Of a stretch of DNA of 27,873 nt, positions 1 through 6,107 are shown one piece after another. A program made the translations under genes and the position numbers. Source of the DNA: a virus (Duplodnaviria > Caudoviricetes); IMG/VR virus record IMGVR_UViG_3300022719_000398, positions 1 through 27,873 of that record. The stretch is one strand, 5' to 3'. Numbering within the stretch: the first letter of the stretch is position 1; each line of letters opens with the position of its first letter. Below the pieces are notes generated by a model, which was not told the DNA's origin, searched no databases, and worked only from the letters and a program-made list of their open reading frames with translations.

Positions 1-1
1 G

Positions 2-166
2 ATCCAGCGGCTGCGCGGCGCCGGCCGCCCGCCGGCGGAGATCGTCATCGGCAGCGCGCTGTTCGAGGAGCTAGGTCGGCCCGTGTCGATCGACGACGTG
101 CCGTGCGTCTGCGCGGATGCCGAGTTCGATCGGGTCCTCGGCGACAACGTCGTGGCGGCGCGCTGA
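2..166 (+). CDS. hypothetical protein, 5'-truncated by window edge
   Basis: Own translation IQRLRGAGRPPAEIVIGSALFEELG...VVAAR*, GC3-rich codons; TGA 164-166 abuts next ATG at 167. Confidence 0.6.
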   Translation: MQRLRGAGRPPAEIVIGSALFEELGRPVSIDDVPCVCADAEFDRVLGDNVVAAR

Positions 167-289
167 ATGGCCGGTGTCTGCGCCTGCGGTCACGTCGTCG
201 ACGAGCACGACCCCGGCGCGCTCATGCGCTGCCTCGTTGAGGGCTGCGGCTGCGTCGCCTTCGACGAGCTGCTCGAGGAGGAGTCCTAG
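167..289 (+). CDS. 40-aa Cys/His-rich (putative Zn-binding) protein
   Basis: Own translation MAGVCACGHVVDEHDPGALMRCLVEGCGCVAFDELLEEES*; abuts both neighbours. Confidence 0.6.
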   Translation: MAGVCACGHVVDEHDPGALMRCLVEGCGCVAFDELLEEES

Positions 290-517
290 GTGCTCGAGCG
301 CGAAGGCGTCTGTCGGTCGTGCAACGCCAAGCTGGTGTTCCTGCGAAACCCGGAGACGGGCTCCTGGATTCCGTGCCAGCGCGTCCGGACCATCTACCGG
401 CAGGCGCCGGGTGGCTCGCAGGCGGAGCTGGAGAAGCTCGGCTCGGGCGCGTACCTGATCTCTCACTTCGAGACGTGCCCGAGCGCCTCGTCTCACTCGC
501 GGAGGAAGAAGTCATGA
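290..517 (+). CDS. small Zn-ribbon phage protein
   Basis: CRSC...WIP...SHFETC pattern; RBS GAGGAGGAG upstream; ATGA overlap with next gene. Confidence 0.7.
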   Translation: MLEREGVCRSCNAKLVFLRNPETGSWIPCQRVRTIYRQAPGGSQAELEKLGSGAYLISHFETCPSASSHSRRKKS

Positions 518-897
518 AGTTCCGTGCCACCGAGTCGTTCGAGTCGAAGCAGACCCGCACCGTGCGCGTGCCCGTTGCGGATGACCGGGGCGTGGCTCTC
601 GGGCAGATCGTGAAGCGCCAGCACGCGGCGTCCGGTTCAGGCCACGCCGGGATCGAGCAGCACTCGTCGATCGTCATCGAGCGGACGTTCGAGCCAGGCG
701 GCAAGCCTGCGAAGTTCCGGCTCGGCTCGCTCGAGCACGCCGAGGCCATCGCGATCGCGATCCTCGAGGCGATCCACGAGGCGGCCGTCACCACGATGGC
801 GTGGCGAGAGGGCGCTGCGATAGACGGCTCCGCGCCGGGCGTCGGCGCGTCGGCCGCGGCTGTGCCCGAGCAGCCGAACGACCAGGAGCGCTCGTGA
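514..897 (+). CDS. hypothetical protein
   Basis: MKFRATESFESKQ...; ATG at 514 in ATGA overlap, GGAGG upstream. Confidence 0.65.
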   Translation: MKFRATESFESKQTRTVRVPVADDRGVALGQIVKRQHAASGSGHAGIEQHSSIVIERTFEPGGKPAKFRLGSLEHAEAIAIAILEAIHEAAVTTMAWREGAAIDGSAPGVGASAAAVPEQPNDQERS

Positions 898-1193
898 TCG
901 AGTTCTGGACGTGGGCAGGGCTGGGCGCCTTCATCGGGCAGCGGCTTCGGGAGTCGCTTGAGGCCGGCTGTCCGTTCTGCGCGGCCAACGCCTCGGCGTT
1001 GCTCGCGGCGCTAGTTCGGACGGATGCCGGTCATCTCGAGGGTGTCGCTCAGCATGACGGTCGCGCGAATCTCTGGAATCGCGACCACTGGGCGGTGCGG
1101 CGGTCGCTCGCGGTGCAGGCCATGATCATGCAGGCGGTCAACCACGCTGCCCCGATGCCGGCGCCTGCGCCGCAGGGACGGAGGCTGCACTGA
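894..1193 (+). CDS. hypothetical protein
   Basis: GTG at 894 (GTGA overlap, CAGGAG upstream); MIEFWTWAGLG...CPFC. Confidence 0.55.
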   Translation: MIEFWTWAGLGAFIGQRLRESLEAGCPFCAANASALLAALVRTDAGHLEGVAQHDGRANLWNRDHWAVRRSLAVQAMIMQAVNHAAPMPAPAPQGRRLH

Positions 1194-1390
1194 TGCCGCT
1201 GCTCGGCTTCAAGCGCCGCGCCCTGCACGGTGACGATCCCATCCCGTACACCGATGCGCTCGAGCTGGCGCAGCGCGACGGCTTCGACACGCCCGCCGAG
1301 CTGGCGTCGTGGTTCGAGGTCGTTCACGGCCTGCCGTTTCGCGGCGAACCGTTCCGCGGGACGCTGATCCGCTGGCACCTGCAGCGATGA
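1193..1390 (+). CDS. short ASCH/PUA-like phage protein, probably internally deleted
   Basis: Start MPLLGFKRR and end LAQRDGF...F...HGLPF.G.LIRW resemble the two ends of phage ASCH-like proteins as I recall them, but the ORF is only 65 aa. Confidence 0.5.
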   Translation: MPLLGFKRRALHGDDPIPYTDALELAQRDGFDTPAELASWFEVVHGLPFRGEPFRGTLIRWHLQR

Positions 1391-1575
1391 CTGTGGAGCT
1401 GCTCCGTCGCGGATCGTGCTGGACGGTGGTGGTCGATGGCCAGGTCGCTGTCTCCCGCGAGTCGTACCAGGTCGCGTCGAACGTCGTCGACCACCTCGAG
1501 CATCCGGAGCGGTTCGACGCTTCCGAGTCGGCTTCCGTCGCGGCGTCGATCCGGTCCTGGCGGGAGCGCCCCTGA
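1387..1575 (+). CDS. hypothetical protein
   Basis: MTVELLRRGSCWTVVVDGQ...; overlapping start/stop at both ends. Confidence 0.6.
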   Translation: MTVELLRRGSCWTVVVDGQVAVSRESYQVASNVVDHLEHPERFDASESASVAASIRSWRERP

Positions 1576-1994
1576 TGGCATGGCATGGTGGCGCGAAGGA
1601 CCCGACGTCGTCGCCGGCGGAGCGCAATCGGGCGACGCGCTATCTGCGCCGACACCAGGCGCTCGTCGATCGGGTGGCTGCTGAGGTCGCCAAGGTGCTC
1701 GAGGTCTACCGCGCGGCGGATCTCGAGATCGCTGCGGACGCGCGCGCGCCGTCCGCGGTTGCGACCGCGGTCGTGAATGCACTCGAGCGCGAGTTCACGT
1801 TCGTGCGGCGCCGGGGTCAGCGCCTCGGCCATCAGCACGACCGGTCAACGCGCGACCAGGTCCTGCTCGGGCTCCGCCTGCAGGGCTGGTCGTGGAATGC
1901 GATCGCGGCGGCCGCGTCGATCACCCGCGCGAACGCGGAGACGTCCGTCCGTCGTCGTGCTCGACGGATCGGCGTGTCACTTCGCGTCGGCTAG
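1575..1994 (+). CDS. putative DNA-binding protein with C-terminal sigma-region-4-like HTH
   Basis: TGATG overlap; C-terminal RDQVLLGLRLQGWSWNAIAAAASITRANAETSVRR. Confidence 0.6.
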   Translation: MAWHGGAKDPTSSPAERNRATRYLRRHQALVDRVAAEVAKVLEVYRAADLEIAADARAPSAVATAVVNALEREFTFVRRRGQRLGHQHDRSTRDQVLLGLRLQGWSWNAIAAAASITRANAETSVRRRARRIGVSLRVG

Positions 1995-2059
1995 GCTTCC
2001 CGGCGCGGCCGGTCCCGGTCGCGAACCCCAACATCCCAAGGCCAAGAGGAGGTCACGCC

Positions 2060-2353
2060 ATGCGTGTCCGCGGGAAGATGTATGTCGAGGGCAAGCGCTT
2101 CAGCCACACCGACCACATGGAGCACGGCCGGACCCGGAGTGCGTTCGAGGTGACCTTGAAGCCGGTCACGAAGGTGTGCGGGCCGATGGGTGGCGGTCCG
2201 CCGCCCCAGCCGGACCCGGAGGACGAGGACTCGATCTTCGGCGACGCAACGCCGTCGGGTGAGTGCAAGCTGCTCATCTACGGCGACCCAGGGATGTTCC
2301 CGGAGGTCGGCGGTTGCGTCTACGTCGACTTCACGCCGGTGCCGACGCGGTAG
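2060..2353 (+). CDS. conserved hypothetical phage protein
   Basis: Strong RBS AAGAGGAGG; ...FGDATPSGECKL...VYVDFTP resembles a common small phage family. Confidence 0.7.
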   Translation: MRVRGKMYVEGKRFSHTDHMEHGRTRSAFEVTLKPVTKVCGPMGGGPPPQPDPEDEDSIFGDATPSGECKLLIYGDPGMFPEVGGCVYVDFTPVPTR

Positions 2354-2467
2354 ACTGCCCGACGAGCTGGGGGTGTCTGGCTTGCTTGCCCGGCCACTCT
2401 CTCGTTCACACCCCGCCGGCCCCGGGCGCAGCTTGCTCGGGGCCGGTCCCTCGGGAGGGCTTTCGAC

Positions 2468-3226
2468 ATGGCTTCGCTGATCCGCGCGTTCGTGCTCATC
2501 CTGGCGCTGGCGCCACCGGCGGGCGCTGCCCGCGTCGCGTGTCTCGGAGACTCGTGGTCGCTCCGGGTGTGCGAGCATCTCGAGGTCCTGCTGGGCGAGC
2601 CGGTCGCGAACGCCGCGATCGGCGGCACCACCGCCGGCGTGCTCGCCAGCTCGAGCCAGGTCGCAGACCTGCTCGCGGCCAACCCGGACCTGCAGGTCAT
2701 CCATCTGTCGGTTGGCATCCTCGACGCGGTCGCCGTCGGTGCTCCGCCCGAGGACATCACCCCCTACGTCGACGCGATCGTCAGCCAGGCCGCCGCCGGC
2801 GGCGTCGTCGTCTCGCACGTCGGCTACGACTACCTGCCGAACGAGAATCCGGCCGCGGTGGCGGCGAGCGACGCCTGGCATGCCGCCATGGCGGCGGCGG
2901 CCAGCGCGAACCCGGCGTGGCGCTTCGAGGACACCCTCGGCTACTGGTGCCAGCTCGTGCTTCAAGGCGCGTCCGTGGTCGTCCCCGAGCCGTGCCCGCC
3001 CGAGGGCTACGCCGACTGGATCCACCTCACCGGCGCCGGCTACGAGGCGCTCGCCGTGCCTTCGGCGGCGGCCGTGCCCGCGGCTGCGCCCGTGCTCGAG
3101 CTGCTCGCCGGTGGTTGCGTGCTCGGGCTCCTGGCACGATGCGACTCTCGCGGGCCGGCAACTTCACAGGCTCGCGTACGCAAGAGCACACGCTCGCGAA
3201 CGCAGGAAATGCGCATGCGCAGCTAG
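2468..3226 (+). CDS. secreted SGNH/GDSL-family hydrolase with sorting-signal-like hydrophobic tail; last ~28 codons run through repeat element A
   Basis: Signal peptide MASLIRAFVLILALAPPAGA; block I LGDSW, block II NAAIGG, block III SVGILD, block V DWIH; tail VPAAAPVLELLAGGCVLGLLAR. Confidence 0.75.
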   Translation: MASLIRAFVLILALAPPAGAARVACLGDSWSLRVCEHLEVLLGEPVANAAIGGTTAGVLASSSQVADLLAANPDLQVIHLSVGILDAVAVGAPPEDITPYVDAIVSQAAAGGVVVSHVGYDYLPNENPAAVAASDAWHAAMAAAASANPAWRFEDTLGYWCQLVLQGASVVVPEPCPPEGYADWIHLTGAGYEALAVPSAAAVPAAAPVLELLAGGCVLGLLARCDSRGPATSQARVRKSTRSRTQEMRMRS

Positions 3227-3287
3227 TCGGCAAGTCGCCCACCGTCCGACCCGCAGGTCGACACACACCAGCCGGCAAGCTCGCGCA
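3137..3287 (+). repeat. phased-GCA element A
   Basis: GCA anchors end at 3160, 3182, 3204, 3221, 3232, 3255, 3277, 3287 (spacing 22,22,17,11,23,22,10); shares a 44-bp and a 28-bp block with element B. Confidence 0.85.
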
Positions 3288-3727
3288 GCGCGGCTCGCTC
3301 TCGGAGAAGCAGGTCGCGGTCGCTCTCCGCGTCGCGGCCGAGGCGGCTGAGCGCGCGGAAGCGCCGGAGCCCGAGAAGGTTCCGGTGCCGGAAGGCCGCC
3401 TCGAGGTTGAGGGCGTGGTCCTGTCCGTGAAGGAGCGCGAGGGCTACATGGGCGGCGTGGTCCTCAAGATGGTCGTCGACGGCGGCGGCTTCCGCGTCTG
3501 GGGCACGGTGCCCGCGGACATCGAGGACGACATCGAGCGGGGCTCGCGGGTGCGCTTCACGGCCACCCTCACCCGCGCCGACGACGATCCGTCGTTCGGT
3601 TTCTTCAAGCGCCCGGCGAAGGCCGTGCTCGTGCAGGCCGACCCGGAGCCGGCAGACGCCGCCGCGGGAGGACGACGAGGTTCCGTCGAGCTTCCAGTCG
3701 TCGATGCTCGAGCAGGTGCGCTCGTGA
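3139..3727 (+). pseudogene. OB-fold-like phage protein, N-terminus apparently replaced by element A, probable +1 indel near 3652
   Basis: KLAQRGSLSEKQ...VEGVVLSVK...KMVV...GFRVWGTVP...RGSRVRFTATL...FGFFKRP; first ~45 codons are repeat-element sequence; a codon-typical tail (..REDDEVPSSFQSSMLEQVRS*) lies in the +1 frame ending TGA 3725-3727. Confidence 0.5.
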
Positions 3728-4146
3728 ACCCCTACGTCCGGTACCTGGCCGACGAGCTGGCCGCCCTCCGCGCTGTCTCGGCCGAGGACGTCGCGTGGTT
3801 CGATGCGGAACGGCTCGAGCGCCGGCTGCACGACCTGCTGCGCGACGTCGCCCGCGAGATCCGGTCGAACGGTCCGACGCTCGGCGCCGCCCGCCGCCGG
3901 TGCGCGAAGCCGCTGTCGGTGTTCCTGCCGGTCGAGATGCGGTCGCGTCACCACGCCTCGCGTAGCGCGCGTCTGGCTGCGCTCGAGGCGGATCAGGCGG
4001 CGCTGCGGGCCATGCGCGTCGAGCTGTCGGAGGGCCTCGCTGCGCTCGACGCCTGGCGGTCCTGGGAGCGCGAGCAGCTCGCTCGGCGCCTCGAGGCCCA
4101 CCGTCGGTACCAGCAGGCTGTCGCCCACGCGCGCGGCAGGGGGTGA
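3724..4146 (+). CDS. hypothetical coiled-coil protein (currently in frame with the upstream ORF)
   Basis: GTG at 3724 in GTGA context; VNPYVRYLADELAALR... Confidence 0.55.
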   Translation: MNPYVRYLADELAALRAVSAEDVAWFDAERLERRLHDLLRDVAREIRSNGPTLGAARRRCAKPLSVFLPVEMRSRHHASRSARLAALEADQAALRAMRVELSEGLAALDAWRSWEREQLARRLEAHRRYQQAVAHARGRG

Positions 4147-4202
4147 ATTCGAGCTCCAGCGGAACCTTCCAGTCACGCGCGCGACTTTCGGTGTTCGGCC
4201 TC

Positions 4203-4262
4203 GCATTTTCCTCATGTATTTCGGGCAGATGCCGTAGAGCAAGGGTGAGAGGAGACTGGAAC
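4203..4262 (+). promoter_or_regulatory. repeated promoter+RBS cassette 1 (sigma-28-like spacing)
   Basis: TTTCC-TCAT-N15-GCCGTAGAGCAA, then GAGAGGAG and ATG 4263. Confidence 0.7.
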
Positions 4263-4469
4263 ATGGCCTACCGAACGACGAACCCCGCGGTTGAACGAGC
4301 AGCGAAGCGCGTCGCCGAGCGCAAGGCGCGGGTCGCCCGCCTCGAGCGCGAGCGCGCTGGCGAGCCGGCGCCCGAGGGCATGAGCACCTGCTGCTGCGTC
4401 TGCGAGCGCGGCCTGCCGAAGCCGATGCCCCGCGACTACGCGGTGTGCAGCGACTGCGAGGTGGAGTGA
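4263..4469 (+). CDS. small Zn-finger protein
   Basis: MAYRTTNP...CCCVC...CSDC; strong RBS. Confidence 0.7.
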   Translation: MAYRTTNPAVERAAKRVAERKARVARLERERAGEPAPEGMSTCCCVCERGLPKPMPRDYAVCSDCEVE

Positions 4470-4624
4470 TGCCCGTCTGCGGGAACTGCCTCGAGGATCC
4501 CGGCGCGACGATCGACGCCGAGGCGCCCGATCAGCCCGCGTGGCTGTGCGCGGTGTGCGCCGACGACCGCTTCGGTCGCGGCCGGTGGTCGCCGGTCGCT
4601 TCCGCGCCCGCCGAAGAATCGTAG
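4469..4624 (+). CDS. 51-aa CxxC/CxxC protein
   Basis: Own translation MPVCGNCLEDPGATIDAEAPDQPAWLCAVCADDRFGRGRWSPVASAPAEES*; TGATG overlap. Confidence 0.6.
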   Translation: MPVCGNCLEDPGATIDAEAPDQPAWLCAVCADDRFGRGRWSPVASAPAEES

Positions 4625-4634
4625 GCCGGTCCTC

Positions 4635-4692
4635 CGAATTTCCTCAGGTTTCACGGCGACATGCCGTAGAGCAACCATGAAAGGGGACAGCG
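4635..4692 (+). promoter_or_regulatory. repeated promoter+RBS cassette 2
   Basis: CGAATTTCC-TCAG-N15-GCCGTAGAGCAA, then TGAAAGGGGA and ATG 4693. Confidence 0.7.
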
Positions 4693-4902
4693 ATGCAGAG
4701 CACGAAGGACGCAGAGGGCACGGAGCTGAAGGTGGGCGATCCGGTGTTCTTCAAGGCCGACGTCGAGCAGTACGGCACGGTCGCGGAGATCGACGGCGAG
4801 AAGGTCGTCCTCGAGGGCCACTTCACCGGCGGCTACATCGGCGGCCAGACGCGCACGACGATGCGCGCCTCGGACGTCTACTACGACGGTCCGGCCCGCT
4901 GA
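4693..4902 (+). CDS. small SH3/KOW-like beta-barrel protein
   Basis: ELKVGDPVFFKADVEQYGTVAEIDGEKVVL; strong RBS. Confidence 0.7.
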   Translation: MQSTKDAEGTELKVGDPVFFKADVEQYGTVAEIDGEKVVLEGHFTGGYIGGQTRTTMRASDVYYDGPAR

Positions 4903-4921
4903 GAAAGATCGGCCGCCCGGT

Positions 4922-4979
4922 CGAATTTCCTCAGGTTCTACGCGCGGTTGCCGTAGAGCAAGGTTGAAAGGGGAACACG
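4922..4979 (+). promoter_or_regulatory. repeated promoter+RBS cassette 3
   Basis: CGAATTTCC-TCAG-N15-GCCGTAGAGCAA, then TGAAAGGGGA and ATG 4980. Confidence 0.7.
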
Positions 4980-5156
4980 ATGAACAGCCTCACTTCCTGG
5001 ATCCAGCTCGGCGAGCAGTACGCCAGCCACGAGATCCCCCGCGCGCAGCTCCGCGACGAGCTGGTGCGCGACGGCGTCTCGCGTCTCAACCGCCAGCGCG
5101 CCCTCCGCGGGTACGACCAGCAGGTCGCTCGCGCTTCGATGCCGGCGGCGCGCTAG
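4980..5156 (+). CDS. 58-aa hypothetical protein
   Basis: Own translation MNSLTSWIQLGEQYASHEIPRAQLRDELVRDGVSRLNRQRALRGYDQQVARASMPAAR*; follows the cassette-3 RBS. Confidence 0.7.
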   Translation: MNSLTSWIQLGEQYASHEIPRAQLRDELVRDGVSRLNRQRALRGYDQQVARASMPAAR

Positions 5157-5158
5157 CC

Positions 5159-5635
5159 ATGGGCACCCCGAGGAAGCGCCACGCCGGCGAGGCCGGCTAC
5201 ATCGCCGAGCGCATGAACCCGTTCGTGCCGGGCACCAAGGTCGTGATCTACGAGGCCGAGGCCCAGGGGGTCGACGTGGGCGGCGATCGCTACGCCGTCG
5301 TCTGCGACGCGCACAGCACGCTGATCGGCGCTCGCTCTCAGCGCGACGCCCGTCTCGTGATGAAGCGCCCCGACAACTTCTGCGAGGAGTGCATCGCGCT
5401 CGAGCAGGCCACCCGGCCCTCGAAGCCCGCGTCCGCGCTCGTCGCGACCGCCCTGTACCTCGGCGACAACGGCCGCGCGTTCTGCGGCGGCTGCGCCGGC
5501 GCGACCGCCAGGGCGTCGGGCTGCGATCTCTCCGGACAGCCCGTCCTGCGCGTCACGGCCGCCGACTTCCGGGCCGAGGGCCTCCCGGTCCCGTCCTGCG
5601 AGACCTGCGGGCGGCCGCCGGAGCCGGGCCAGTGA
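5159..5635 (+). CDS. Cys-rich hypothetical protein (two putative Zn-binding modules)
   Basis: MGTPRKRH...VVCDAH...FCEEC...FCGGC...CETC. Confidence 0.7.
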   Translation: MGTPRKRHAGEAGYIAERMNPFVPGTKVVIYEAEAQGVDVGGDRYAVVCDAHSTLIGARSQRDARLVMKRPDNFCEECIALEQATRPSKPASALVATALYLGDNGRAFCGGCAGATARASGCDLSGQPVLRVTAADFRAEGLPVPSCETCGRPPEPGQ

Positions 5636-5888
5636 GCCGGTACCGGGGGCGCGCTCGCCCGCCGCGGCCCGCGGACTACGAGGCCGTGGCGAGTGCCCGC
5701 ATCGGCACACCTGGCGGTGCTCCGTCACCTGGAAGTGGGCGCGCGGCTACCTCGCGTCGTGCATCCGACGCGCGCAGCCGTGGCTGTGGATCCGCGTTCT
5801 GTCGGTCGAGCGCTGCCCGACCTGCGCAAATCGCTGGAGTCGGCTCGTGCCGGTCGCCGCGCTCGAGGAAGGCGCGCCCCAGGGCTGA
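5632..5888 (+). pseudogene. possible frameshifted small Zn-ribbon gene
   Basis: GTG 5632 frame gives SRYRGRARPPRPADYEAVA; the -1 frame continues ECPHRHTWRCSVTWKW...ERCPTCANRW...PQG* (TGA 5886-5888) with no start of its own. Confidence 0.35.
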
Positions 5889-6092
5889 GAGGCGCAGCCC
5901 CAGGGCGCGGTCCTCGAGGCCCCCCGAGCATCCAGGCGCCGGCCGGCGTCGGCCCCGGGTGTCCCGGTCGCAGCGGGGCTCGCGGACCCCGCAACCCTAC
6001 CGCCGCCGGGCGTCGCCTGCCGGGCAACGTTGCCGGTTTCGCCCGCTCGTCTGAGGCGCGAAAACCGGAAGCGCCGCTCGGGCTCTCCCCGG

Positions 6093-6107
6093 GGTAGACT
6101 CGGCGGC
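6093..6107 (+). promoter_or_regulatory. putative -10 element for a leaderless transcript
   Basis: TAGACT at 6095-6100, 7 nt before ATG 6108, no SD. Confidence 0.45.

Noticed and set aside
2983-3000. VPEP inside the SGNH protein as a PEP-CTERM signal
   Set aside because: It precedes the catalytic DWIH motif and is not followed by a transmembrane helix
2263-4146. 627-aa ORF in the track
   Set aside because: The N-terminal ~290 codons shadow the SGNH gene; the rest is a truncated gene fused to a separate gene
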